Shown: in pieces, positions 45,619-55,232 of the stretch
Position numbering within the stretch: the stretch's first letter is position 1
Layout: each line of letters starts with the position of its first letter
DNA from: an uncultured delta proteobacterium
GTDB taxonomy: Bacteria; Myxococcota; Kuafuiibacteriia; Kuafuiibacteriales; Kuafuiibacteriaceae
Direction of reading: 5' to 3'
NCBI GenBank assembly: GCA_963803435.1
Contig: CAWDML010000009.1
Span: forward strand, 1 to 64,000
DNA length: 64,000 nt
The notes under the pieces: generated by a model
The model's input: the letters and a program-made list of their open reading frames with translations, nothing else
Told to the model about the DNA's origin: nothing
Databases searched by the model: none
Program-made: the position numbers and the translations under genes

Positions 45619-47238
45619 ATGAACAAAAGACTACCCACAGCACTCATCTCGGCGGGCCTGGTGCTCGGCCTCGCCGGTTGCAAGGACGAGAGCACTTCCC
45701 TCGGTCAGGTCTACATCAAGCAAGCGCTGGTGAGCGCCTCCATGGGCGGCTCACTGGCCGTGACGCAGGCCGACTGCGACGCCGGCTCGGCCTACTGCGC
45801 CTACGTCGGCACGAGTGTCGTGATCCCTCGCGGCGCGCTGTCGACGGACACCGACATCACCATCGGCGTCGGCGAGGACACCACCGGGCGCAACGGCAAC
45901 ACGGTCGGCCCGGCGATCGACTTCGGACCGAGCGGCACCACGTTCTCCTCGCCGGTCGAGATCACGATCCCGGTGGAGACGGCGCTCGACAAGGACCTGC
46001 TGCGTGTCTACGTGACCCAGGCGGACGGCACCAAGAGCGTGCTGATGCCGCATCAGATCGCGTACAACCCGATCAACAAGACGGCGCGCTTCCTGGTCGG
46101 TCACTTCACCACGTTCCAGTGCGGCCAGGGGACCGATCCCTGTAGCGACGTCGACGGGTGTCCCGGCGGCGTCTGTGAAAATGGACAGTGTACCGACCCC
46201 TGCGAGCCGGCTGACTGTGGTCTGATGCCCGGCATCCCCACCTGGACCTGCGACGACGGCACGGTCGGCGGATTCACCGGCCAGTGCGAGCGGCAGGCCG
46301 ACGGGAGCTGCGGCTGGGACATCAACAACTGCGAGGATCCGTGCATCCTGATCTGCCAGCCCGACGCGAACGGTGACTGCGCGTCCGTGTGCAACACCAA
46401 CTGCGGAGGCCAGGCCTGCCCGCCCGGAAGCACCTGCGATCCCACCACCAACAGCTGCGTGAACGACTGTGTCTGCCCGGACGGCACGCTCTGTCAGTTC
46501 GGCCCGAACGGCACCGTCTCCTGCGGCGTCCCTCCCGGCTGCGATGCGACGACCTGCCCGCCCGGAAGCACCTGCGACCCGGCGACCGGGAGCTGCATGG
46601 GGACCGGATGCGCCTGCCCGGGCGGCGTGCCCTGCACGATCGATCCGAACGGCAACGTGTCCTGCGGCAACGTCTGCGATCCGAACACCTGCCCGCCCGG
46701 GAGCGTCTGCGATCCGACCACCGGCGCTTGCATGAACGCGTGCACCTGCCCCGACGGCCAGACGTGTACGTTCGGTCCGAACGGCACCGTCTCCTGCGGC
46801 ACTGGCTGCGATCCGAACGCGTGCCCGCCCGGAAGCACCTGCGACCCGGCGACCGGCAACTGCATCGGCTCGTGCGTGTGCCCGGACGGGACGCCGTGCG
46901 CGACCGACCCGACGAACGGCACTGTCTCCTGCGGCTCCAACGAGTGCTCGCCCGACGAGTGCGGGCCGCAGCCGGGCCTGGCGACGTGGACCTGTGACGA
47001 CGGCACGGTCGGCGGCTCCACCGGCCGGTGCCTCCGCAACGCCAACGGTGGCTGCGGCTGGGAGATCATCTGGTGCCCGATGGCGTGCGATCCGACGCTC
47101 TGCGGAGGACAGCCTCCGCCGCCGGACCCGAACGACGCCTGCGCCGACGGTACCGTCCCACCGTACGTCTGCGGTCATGATTCGGCCGGCAACTGCGGCT
47201 GGACGCGCAGCTGCGGGACCGACCCGAACGGTAACTGA
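45619..47238 (+). CDS. Lipoprotein with a ZU5-like domain and Cys-rich repeats
   Basis: AAGGAG RBS, lipobox LAG-C, VIPRGAL...FGPSGTTFSSPVEITIP...HFT; four CPPGSxCDPxT repeats. Confidence 0.85.
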   Translation: MNKRLPTALISAGLVLGLAGCKDESTSLGQVYIKQALVSASMGGSLAVTQADCDAGSAYCAYVGTSVVIPRGALSTDTDITIGVGEDTTGRNGNTVGPAIDFGPSGTTFSSPVEITIPVETALDKDLLRVYVTQADGTKSVLMPHQIAYNPINKTARFLVGHFTTFQCGQGTDPCSDVDGCPGGVCENGQCTDPCEPADCGLMPGIPTWTCDDGTVGGFTGQCERQADGSCGWDINNCEDPCILICQPDANGDCASVCNTNCGGQACPPGSTCDPTTNSCVNDCVCPDGTLCQFGPNGTVSCGVPPGCDATTCPPGSTCDPATGSCMGTGCACPGGVPCTIDPNGNVSCGNVCDPNTCPPGSVCDPTTGACMNACTCPDGQTCTFGPNGTVSCGTGCDPNACPPGSTCDPATGNCIGSCVCPDGTPCATDPTNGTVSCGSNECSPDECGPQPGLATWTCDDGTVGGSTGRCLRNANGGCGWEIIWCPMACDPTLCGGQPPPPDPNDACADGTVPPYVCGHDSAGNCGWTRSCGTDPNGN

Positions 47239-47253
47239 GGCCTCACTTCCCGA

Positions 47254-47299
47254 GACGGCGGGTGTCGCGAGGGCCGCGGCACCCGCCGTTTCCGTTTTT
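47254..47299 (+). terminator. Rho-independent terminator
   Basis: GACGGCGGGTGTCGCG / CGCGGCACCCGCCGTT stem followed by a T-rich tract. Confidence 0.75.
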
Positions 47300-47457
47300 G
47301 GAGGTGATGGATCGATCCATTTCTTCTTGCTTACAAAGGCTGTCACCCTGTTGCTTCTGATCGACAGTCCACTCCGACATCGCGCTTGTTCTCCACTGGC
47401 ACACCCCGTGCTCTAGCCTCTTCCGCACATCATTTCCGAGGAAGGGAACGAGAGATC

Positions 47458-48636
47458 ATGACGGACGGGAACATCAGCGTTTCAGGCACACACATCCAGA
47501 ACCTCCAGTTCAACTACAACAAAGAGACAGGCAACATCTCGGACTTGAAGATGCTGGACGCCACCTCCTTGGGTGTGCGGGGCAACCTGAGCGAGAGCGA
47601 GCTCAACACGCTCAAGACCCGCCTTCGGGACACCATCGGGGCCGACACCACCGGGACCAAGGAGAAGATCGCGGACAAGGCCGATACCACCGAGACGAAG
47701 AAGGCCGAGCTGCCCAAGGCCTACACCAGCTCGGGCCGCTACACGGAAGCAAAGACCGACGCGGACCTCCGCGAAGGCTTCAAGGGTGACAAGGTCACAG
47801 CCGAGCAGCAGCGCCTCAAGGATCTCGGCTATGACGTCGGCGACGGCGGCACCAACCACGACGGCGTCGACGGCTTCTGGGGTCCCAAGACGCAGAAGGC
47901 GTACGACCAGTACCTGGCCGACACCAAGCGGACGCCCGAGAGCACGACGCCGGACACGAAGACGACCACCACGCCGGACGGGAAGACCAAGCCGACCGAT
48001 CCGAAGACCACGACGAGCACGCAGCAGCAGGACATCGACGCGCTGCGGGCCGACGCGAAGACCCGGACGAAGTACCAGAAGGTCGACAACCCGGACGAGA
48101 CCACCAAGGAGCTGGTGCAGGACATCAAGGCCGGCAACACCGACGACATCATCGGGACGCTGACCAACACCCGCAACGCCGACATGAAGGAGATCGACAA
48201 GCGGCTCCCGCGCGACCAGAACGGCAACTATACGACCCCGCTCGCCGACGTGGACGGGAACGACTCGGACTTCGCCGACCTCGGCAACAAGATGCTGAAG
48301 GGCAATCGCAACGAGGGCGCCGACGCCGCGGCCAACAGCAAGGCGGTCGACGGCTACGCCAAGCAGCTGCTCGAGGCGCGGGAGCAGCCGGGGATCGGAC
48401 ACTACCTCCCCAGCTTCATGGACGGGACCGACGAGGCGAAGATGAACGACGTGTTCGCGACGGCCTCGGGCGCGCAGCTCAAGGAGCTCGACCGCCGCTT
48501 CCGCGAAGGCATCAAGACCGACAGCGGCGAAGTCGTGAAGTTCCCGGGCGGCCTCGAGGAGTACGTGAAGTCGGAGATCGGCGAGGGCGCGCACCGCGAC
48601 ATGCTGCTCGCCCAGCTCAACCGGCCGCTGCGCTAG
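47458..48636 (+). CDS. Peptidoglycan-binding domain protein with a C-terminal annexin-like repeat
   Basis: LREGFKGDKV..QQRLKDLGYD...DGFWGPKTQKA; DGTDEAKMNDVF...QLKEL...LEEYVKSEIG. Confidence 0.7.
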   Translation: MTDGNISVSGTHIQNLQFNYNKETGNISDLKMLDATSLGVRGNLSESELNTLKTRLRDTIGADTTGTKEKIADKADTTETKKAELPKAYTSSGRYTEAKTDADLREGFKGDKVTAEQQRLKDLGYDVGDGGTNHDGVDGFWGPKTQKAYDQYLADTKRTPESTTPDTKTTTTPDGKTKPTDPKTTTSTQQQDIDALRADAKTRTKYQKVDNPDETTKELVQDIKAGNTDDIIGTLTNTRNADMKEIDKRLPRDQNGNYTTPLADVDGNDSDFADLGNKMLKGNRNEGADAAANSKAVDGYAKQLLEAREQPGIGHYLPSFMDGTDEAKMNDVFATASGAQLKELDRRFREGIKTDSGEVVKFPGGLEEYVKSEIGEGAHRDMLLAQLNRPLR

Positions 48637-48658
48637 GAACAGGGAGGGATCGGGGAGG

Positions 48659-49159
48659 ATGACGATGCAGAAGCAGACCAACGAGGACATGGTGCTCGCC
48701 GATTTCGTGCTCCGGATGGTGATCAAGGAGGAGGAGCGCTTCACGCTGCATCCGCAGGCCCAGGAGGGCTTCAAGGCCGCGCTCGACACGCTGTTCGCCA
48801 ACCCGAAGCTCGATGCGAAGATGGAGATCGAAGCGCTGGTTCGGCTGGGCTGGATGTTCGAGCGCGATCAGGTGTTCGAGCTCGCCGACGGCATCCTCGG
48901 TCTGTTGTCGAAGGACGATCGGGTGCTCAGCACGCTCGGGATCACCGCCAGCGGCAAGACGCGTGAGGTGAAGAGGCAGTTCGCCAAGCTGGCCGGCGCG
49001 GAGGAGAAGCTGGCGGCGCCGGTGTTCGGTACGGAGGCCCCGGAGGGTTCGCTCAAGGTCGCCAGCTTCCTCGAGCCGGGACGTGAGATGGGCCGGGCGC
49101 CGCGCCGGTCGACGCCCAAGCCCGGCAAGGCGAACGGCAAGCGACGCTTCAAGAGCTGA
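48659..49159 (+). CDS. Hypothetical protein
   Basis: Purine-rich RBS region; 166-aa ORF co-oriented with the previous gene. Confidence 0.7.
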   Translation: MTMQKQTNEDMVLADFVLRMVIKEEERFTLHPQAQEGFKAALDTLFANPKLDAKMEIEALVRLGWMFERDQVFELADGILGLLSKDDRVLSTLGITASGKTREVKRQFAKLAGAEEKLAAPVFGTEAPEGSLKVASFLEPGREMGRAPRRSTPKPGKANGKRRFKS

Positions 49160-50321
49160 GGTGCAGGAGCACCCACGCGAGCATCACCGCGCACGCCACC
49201 AACGTCACACCGATCCCAATCGCTGCGATCGATCGGATCGGCACGTTCCTCCGCACCTCGGGCCCCAGGTCGTTCGTCGTGGACGAGGTGCGCTCGTTCC
49301 AGGTGATCGTGTCGGTGACGATCGGATCGGCGAGCGGGCGGCCGAGTGGCGCACGGAGGACGGTCTCGATCAGGACACTCGGATCCGAGTGACCGAGCGG
49401 CGGGACCTTGGCCAGCAGCGGGTCGCCGAGCGCCGAGCGCCGGTTTCCCGGGAGCTGTGCCGAGAGCACGGACGCACTGCGTCCGAGTGACGCCATGAAG
49501 CCGGACAGCTTCGCCTCCAGCTCCAGGCCCGGAACCACGCGCTCTCGATAGGCGAGCAGCGCCATCGCGAAGGCGGCCGCGTCGGAGTAGCGGTGGTCTC
49601 GATCGCGCGCCACCGCCTTCATCACCAGCCCGTCGAGGTCGGGATCCGACTCCACCAGCTCCGAGAGGTGCGGCACCGAGCTCGAGATCGCGCTGGCGAC
49701 GATCTCGGTCTCGCTCCAGCCGTCCCGCACGCGCCGGCCGCTCAGAAGCTCGATCAGGATCAGGCCCAAGGAGAAGATGTCCGCCCGTGGATCCAGCGGC
49801 TCTCCTCTCGCCTGCTCCGGTGCGACGTAGGCGCTGGTGCCCTCGCAGTGACCGCCCAGATCGATGATCTTCACCCGCCCGTCGTAGGTCAGGATCACGT
49901 TGGCGGGGCAGAGGTCGCCATGGACCGAGCCCAGCTGGTGGAGTCGGTGCAGACCGCGGGCCAGCCGGTGCGCGATCTCGAGGGCGAGCGCAGCCGGCAT
50001 GCGGCGGTGGCTGGTGGAGAGGACGTCGTGCAGCGTCTCACCGTGGAGAAACTCGGTGGCCAAGAATCGTTCTCCCTGGTGATCGAAGCTCTCGAAGGCC
50101 TGGATGAGGTGCTCGTGATCGGCCGCCTCCGCGAGCGCGGCCTCCCGCGCGAAGCGCCGCTGCTGCTCGAGGTCGTGCGCACGATCGGCGCAGAGGGTCT
50201 TCAGCGCGACCAGTGTGGTGCTCTCGCCGCGGCGCGCCAAATACACGTGCGAGGTGTCGCCGCGCGCCCAGCGGCGGACGATTCGATACGCACCGATGCA
50301 ACCGGTCTCGGACGAGCCCAT
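49149..50321 (-). CDS. Membrane Ser/Thr kinase-like protein (atypical)
   Basis: VALK, HGDLCPAN, DLG, GTSAYVAPE, DIFSLG; C-terminal TM. Confidence 0.85.
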   Translation of the reverse strand: MGSSETGCIGAYRIVRRWARGDTSHVYLARRGESTTLVALKTLCADRAHDLEQQRRFAREAALAEAADHEHLIQAFESFDHQGERFLATEFLHGETLHDVLSTSHRRMPAALALEIAHRLARGLHRLHQLGSVHGDLCPANVILTYDGRVKIIDLGGHCEGTSAYVAPEQARGEPLDPRADIFSLGLILIELLSGRRVRDGWSETEIVASAISSSVPHLSELVESDPDLDGLVMKAVARDRDHRYSDAAAFAMALLAYRERVVPGLELEAKLSGFMASLGRSASVLSAQLPGNRRSALGDPLLAKVPPLGHSDPSVLIETVLRAPLGRPLADPIVTDTITWNERTSSTTNDLGPEVRRNVPIRSIAAIGIGVTLVACAVMLAWVLLHLSS

Positions 50322-50390
50322 GACGGGAGAGTTTCAAGGTAGCGCCCTACGAAGACGGCCATCAATGTGAACGCGGCGCCGTCGGCTCAC

Positions 50391-51797
50391 CTACTCTCGC
50401 GACCGCGCCTCGTCGATCTGCTGCATGGCCTGCATGAGGACGAAGCGAGGATCGACGCCGGGCTCGACGTCGCCGGTCGGCGGTGTGTGATCGAAGTCGA
50501 AGGCCTCGGCGGCGAGGCGCAGGATCTCGATCAGGCCCGTGATCATGCCGGCTTCGTCGGTGTAGGAGCCCGTGGGCGTGGAGAGCGTATGCAAGTTACC
50601 TTGCGAAAACCGGATCGAGGCGCGCGCCTGTCCGCTGGAGACGGTGAGGGTCCCGGTCGCTCGGGTGCTATTGAGGAACTGGATCAGGTCGGGGAGCGCC
50701 ACGACCGACAGCGACCCACCGATCGAGGTGCCCTCGATCGCCTTCTTCGCCGTTCCGCGCGTGCCGGAGGGGCTCCGGGGGGTGACCTCGGGCCTGGAGG
50801 CCTCCAGGAGGCCGGCCAGGGCCCGCTGGATGCGGTCGTTGTCCGGGGCGAGGGCGGAGGCCTGCACCAGCTCCCGCTGGGCGTCGGCGGTGCGGCCGAG
50901 GCGGGACAGGAGGAGCCCGAGCCGGTGGTGACCCTCGACGGAGCGCGGATCCATCTCGATCGCGCGCTCGTAGGCCGCCGCAGCCTCGGCGGGCCGGTCG
51001 AGCGACTCGAGGACGCGGCCGATCTCGAGCTGGACCGGGGCGACGTTGGGCGCCCTGCGGGCGGCGGCGGCCAGGCGCTCCACCGCCGCGTCGACCTGGC
51101 CCGCCTCGCGCAGCGCGCGCCCCAGATGGAGATCGAGCTCCCAAAACGGAGGTGAGCGCTGGGCCACCGCCGACAGCACCTCGATCGCCTCCTTGTGTCG
51201 TCCGACGCCCGAGAGGGCAGCGCCGTAGCTGGCGGCGGTGTACGGATCGTTCGGCTCGAGCGCATGGACCGTCCGCCAGGCGCGCAGGCAGCCCTCGCGG
51301 TTCCCCAGGCGCTCGTAGACGGCGCCGAGCGTGCGGAGCGCGGCCGGGTGGTGCGGGTCGAGGGTCACGGCGATCTGGAGGTGGTTGGCGGCGTTGGCGT
51401 GATCGTCCTGGCCGATGAGGAGCATCGCCAGCTTGAGGTGCGCGGAGGGCGGATCAGGGGCGAGGTCCGCCCACTTCCCGAGGGCCCGCAGGCCGGGCTC
51501 CTTGCGGCCCAGCCGGACGAGCAGCGCGCCCAGGAATCCGTAGGCTTCTCCCAGGCCCGCGTCGAGCTCGAGGGCGCGCCGGTACGCGAGCTCGGCGCCC
51601 TCCAGATCGCCGAGCGACTCCAGCGACTGTCCGGCGGCGGCGGCGAGGGCGGCCGTGGAATCGCGCTCGACCACCGTCCGGAGCGCGTCGATCGCCTCGT
51701 CGTGATCGTGCATCGCGGCCGCCACGCCGAACCGATACCAGCCCTCGGCGTCGTCGCTCTCCTCGGCCCGCTTCTTCAAGCGCGCGAGCGAGGCCAC
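50391..51797 (-). CDS. TPR protein with a C-terminal DUF4388-like domain
   Basis: Many TPRs; GSLSVVALPDLIQFL...TGTLTV...IRFSQG. Confidence 0.8.
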   Translation of the reverse strand: MASLARLKKRAEESDDAEGWYRFGVAAAMHDHDEAIDALRTVVERDSTAALAAAAGQSLESLGDLEGAELAYRRALELDAGLGEAYGFLGALLVRLGRKEPGLRALGKWADLAPDPPSAHLKLAMLLIGQDDHANAANHLQIAVTLDPHHPAALRTLGAVYERLGNREGCLRAWRTVHALEPNDPYTAASYGAALSGVGRHKEAIEVLSAVAQRSPPFWELDLHLGRALREAGQVDAAVERLAAAARRAPNVAPVQLEIGRVLESLDRPAEAAAAYERAIEMDPRSVEGHHRLGLLLSRLGRTADAQRELVQASALAPDNDRIQRALAGLLEASRPEVTPRSPSGTRGTAKKAIEGTSIGGSLSVVALPDLIQFLNSTRATGTLTVSSGQARASIRFSQGNLHTLSTPTGSYTDEAGMITGLIEILRLAAEAFDFDHTPPTGDVEPGVDPRFVLMQAMQQIDEARSRE

Positions 51798-51798
51798 G

Positions 51799-53103
51799 TT
51801 AGGTCAGCCCGTCGAGCGGACGATCGCCGTCGCCGAACGTCTGCACGCCGACGCCGCTCGCGTTCAGCATGCTGATGAAGAGCTCGGAGACCTTCCGGTC
51901 TGCGCCGAAGCGGAGGTGACGGCCGCTCCGGATGGCGCCGCCCGCGGAGCCCGCCAGCAGTATGGGCAGGTTCGTGTGCGCGTGCGAGTTGCCGTCCTCG
52001 ATCTCGCTCGAGAAGAACACCAGCGAGTTCTCGAGCAGCGTGCGCTCCCCCTCCTGGATCGCGCTCATGCGCTGCAGCAGGTACGCGAGCTGATCGACCT
52101 CCCAGGTGTCGATCACGGTGAGCTGCTCGAAGTTCACCGGGTTGCCCATGTGGTGCGAGATCTGGTGGTGACCATCGGAGATGTCGAGGTTGCCGTAGAC
52201 GTGGTTGCTGCCGGCGTTTCCCAGCATGAACGTGATCGCGCGGGTGAGATCGCACGACAGCGCCGTGACCATGAGGTCGGACATGATCCGCACCCGATCC
52301 TCGTAGTCGGTGGGCGCGTTGGGTCGCTCCGCCTGGCAGGCCGGGCCCTCGTCGAGCATTTGGACCCGGGTCTCGAGCTCACGGACGCCGGTCAGGTACT
52401 CGTCCAACTTCTGGCGGTCGGTGCTGCCGAGCTTCGCCTGCAGCCCGGTGGCCGACTCCTTCACGTAGTCCAGCACGCTGAGTCGATAGAGCTTCCGCTT
52501 CCGGGCCGTCTCGGCGGTGGCAGCCGGGTCCCGCCCGGCGAACAGGCGCTCGAAGACGGCCTGCGGGTTCACTTCCTTCGACAGCGGGGTGTTCGAGTCG
52601 GCCCAGGAGATGTTGCGGGCGTACGCGCAGGAGTAGCCGGAGTCGCAGTCGCCGGTGCCACCGCCGCCGTCGGTGCCGAGCTGCAGGCTCTTGAAGAGCG
52701 TGTCGCCGGCGAGGGCCTCCGCCGCCACCTGATCGACCGAGATCCCGTTGCGGATGTCGGCGCCCTCGGTCTTGAAGGGGTGCGCACAGGTCAGGAACGC
52801 GCCGGTGCCGGAGGCGTGATCGCCGGGGCCGTCGGGATAGGCCGGTCGGTTGGCGAGGCCCGTGATCACGAGGACCTGGTCGCGGACGTTCTCGAGCGGC
52901 GCCAGGATCCGCGGGAGCGCGAAGTCGGTCCCCTCGGTGGCCGGCGTCCAGTTGGCCATGTGGATGCCGCAAGGGACGTAGTACCCGATCAGGCGGCGCG
53001 GCGCGTCCGCGGTCTGGGCGGCGGCGCGCCGGGGCAGCATCGCCTCGAGGAAGGGGAGGGCGATGGCCGTTCCAGCGCCCTGCAAGAAGGTTCGGCGCTT
53101 CAT
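51799..53103 (-). CDS. DUF1552 domain protein (Tat signal)
   Basis: MKRRTFLQG...LPFLEAM, SVDQ, CDSGYSCAY..NISW, HHQISHH, NLPILLAG. Confidence 0.88.
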   Translation of the reverse strand: MKRRTFLQGAGTAIALPFLEAMLPRRAAAQTADAPRRLIGYYVPCGIHMANWTPATEGTDFALPRILAPLENVRDQVLVITGLANRPAYPDGPGDHASGTGAFLTCAHPFKTEGADIRNGISVDQVAAEALAGDTLFKSLQLGTDGGGGTGDCDSGYSCAYARNISWADSNTPLSKEVNPQAVFERLFAGRDPAATAETARKRKLYRLSVLDYVKESATGLQAKLGSTDRQKLDEYLTGVRELETRVQMLDEGPACQAERPNAPTDYEDRVRIMSDLMVTALSCDLTRAITFMLGNAGSNHVYGNLDISDGHHQISHHMGNPVNFEQLTVIDTWEVDQLAYLLQRMSAIQEGERTLLENSLVFFSSEIEDGNSHAHTNLPILLAGSAGGAIRSGRHLRFGADRKVSELFISMLNASGVGVQTFGDGDRPLDGLT

Positions 53104-55109
53104 TCCGCTTCTCCTCGGCGCCTCGTGAAGGCGCCGCTCCGGGTCATGGAGATCAGCAGGCTCTCGAGCGAATAGCTCGCCCCCGCGAAGTCGCCAACGA
53201 CGTCGTCGACCCAGGGGTCGTCCTTCGGGACCAGGCCACGCCCGAGACCGTAGGTCATGAGCTGGCGCGCCATGCACTCGGGCAGGCGCCCGTTGCCCAT
53301 GATGACCTTGGAGAGCTCGGCGCCGCCGTCGAAGGCGCTGCCGTCGATCAGCGTGCCGGTCGCGTCGATCGCGTAGCCCTGGTCGTCCTCCCGCCAGGCG
53401 CCGATCCCGTCGTAGTGCTCGAGGGCGAAGCCGATCGGATCCATGAGCTGGTGGCAGGGCTGGCAGCGCGGCTCGGAGCGGTGGGCCTCGAAGCGCTCGC
53501 GCAAGGACGCGTCGGGGTCGACCGCCTCGGGGAACGCGGTGACGTCGGCCGGCGGATCGGGCGGACGCTGGCAGAGCAGGTGCTCCAGCACGAACTTGCC
53601 GCGCTTCACCGGCGAGGTGCGGCGCGGGTGGGAGGTCACGGTGAGCAGGCTGGCCTGCGTCAGGAGGCCGCCGCGGCGGTCGTCGGTCAGGTGCACACGC
53701 ACCATCGAGTCGCTGCCCACCGGGGGCAGGCCGTAGTGGCGCGCCAGCCGATCATTCACGTACGTGAAGTCGGAGGAGAGCATCTCGAGCGCGCTCCGAT
53801 CGGTGGTCAGGAACTCCTTCACGAATGCTTTCGTCTCCGCGCCCATCGCGTCCTTCAGCTCGGCGTCCCAGTCGGGGTAGCGGGCGGAGTCGGGGTTGAC
53901 GTCCTCGAGGGCGCGGGTGGACAGCCACTGGCCGACGAAGTTTTCGATCAGCGCCGCGGACTTGGGATCCCGGATCATCCGCTCCACCTGGGCCGCCAGC
54001 GTGTCCGGGTCGGAGAGCTCGCCCTGTTCGGCCAGCGCGAAGAGCTCGGCGTCGGGCATCGAGCTCCACAAGAAGTAGGACAGGCGCGAGGCGAGCTCCC
54101 AGTCGGTGAGCGGGTGGGGCGTGAGGTCGTGAGGCGTCGGATCGAGCTCGACCCGGAACACGAAGCTCGGCGAGAGCAGGATGGCTTGCAGCGCCACCGC
54201 GATCTGCGTGTCGAAGTCGTCGCCCTCACCATTGACCATGTCGGTGAGCTGGAGCAGGCGCTCCACCTCCTCGGGCGTGGGCGGCCTGCGCCAGGCGCGC
54301 GTCGCGAAGGCCTCGATGATCTCGCCGGCGCAGGGGCGCCGTCCGTCGGCGACCGGATCGCAGATCATGATCTGGGCGTAGATCTGAGGGTTCTCGGGCG
54401 GCGGGGCGTCGAAGGGACCCTCGGCCTCGAGCCAGTCGACGAAGAGGTTTCGGTCGTCGGGGGGCGCGTAGTAGTCGTTGACGAACGCGACGTCGAACGT
54501 GTGGGCGCCCGCCGTGAGATGGGCTCGCCGGCTGAAAATGCCGGGGCCCGCGCTCACGTTCGGGACGTCGAAGGTGGCGAGCGACACGCCGTCGATCGTG
54601 AGCTCCATGCGCGCCGGCTCGCTGCCGGCCTGCTGGCCCCAGGCGCGGGCCGACAGCGCGTACTCGCCCTCGATCGCCACCTGAACGGTGGCCGAGAGCT
54701 GGCCGTTCGCCCACAGGTCCCAGGCGTCCTCGGTGGCCGCGCCGACCTCGGAGGTCAGGGACTCGGCCTCGAAGACCTGGGCGGTCGGGCCCTCGAACGG
54801 GGGCCGTACGGCCGCCTCGACGAGCCCCTGGGCGGCCAGCTCGTACTTTTCGAGCAGCAGCGGCGAGATCGAGAGGACGTCCCCGATGTTGTCGAAGCCG
54901 TAGCCGAAGTCGTCCGAAGGAAAGTCGTCCGCGGGACGCGAGGTGTCTCCGAGGAGATCCCGGACCGTGTTGTTGTATTCTGCGCGGTTCAGACGGTGGA
55001 GGGTGACCCGTCCCGGATCGCGATCCTCGACGGGCTGCGGATCGCCTCCGAGGCCGCTCGAGCAGCCGGCGAGGACGAGCGCCAGGCCGGCAATCGGTCG
55101 GGAACCCAT
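53100..55109 (-). CDS. DUF1592/1588/1587/1595/1585 lipoprotein
   Basis: RLNRAEYNNTVRDLL, ELASRLSYFLWSSMPD, TSPVKRG, CQPCH; inserted carbohydrate-binding-like domain. Confidence 0.88.
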   Translation of the reverse strand: MGSRPIAGLALVLAGCSSGLGGDPQPVEDRDPGRVTLHRLNRAEYNNTVRDLLGDTSRPADDFPSDDFGYGFDNIGDVLSISPLLLEKYELAAQGLVEAAVRPPFEGPTAQVFEAESLTSEVGAATEDAWDLWANGQLSATVQVAIEGEYALSARAWGQQAGSEPARMELTIDGVSLATFDVPNVSAGPGIFSRRAHLTAGAHTFDVAFVNDYYAPPDDRNLFVDWLEAEGPFDAPPPENPQIYAQIMICDPVADGRRPCAGEIIEAFATRAWRRPPTPEEVERLLQLTDMVNGEGDDFDTQIAVALQAILLSPSFVFRVELDPTPHDLTPHPLTDWELASRLSYFLWSSMPDAELFALAEQGELSDPDTLAAQVERMIRDPKSAALIENFVGQWLSTRALEDVNPDSARYPDWDAELKDAMGAETKAFVKEFLTTDRSALEMLSSDFTYVNDRLARHYGLPPVGSDSMVRVHLTDDRRGGLLTQASLLTVTSHPRRTSPVKRGKFVLEHLLCQRPPDPPADVTAFPEAVDPDASLRERFEAHRSEPRCQPCHQLMDPIGFALEHYDGIGAWREDDQGYAIDATGTLIDGSAFDGGAELSKVIMGNGRLPECMARQLMTYGLGRGLVPKDDPWVDDVVGDFAGASYSLESLLISMTRSGAFTRRRGEAE

Positions 55110-55232
55110 CGGGCCGGGATTCTAGCGGGCGCAGGGCGGTTCTCGAATAGGCCCTCCATCCGGGGCTATCGTACGATGGCCCCCGACCACCCCGTTTTCA
55201 TGCTCCCCTGCGACCCCTATAATCGCGCCGCC

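Noticed and set aside
53415-55232. N-terminal 606-aa extension of the Hsp70 ORF (apparent 1114-aa fusion)
   Set aside because: Antisense to the DUF1592 gene; the real start is MRLGIDFG at 55233, with TATAAT upstream
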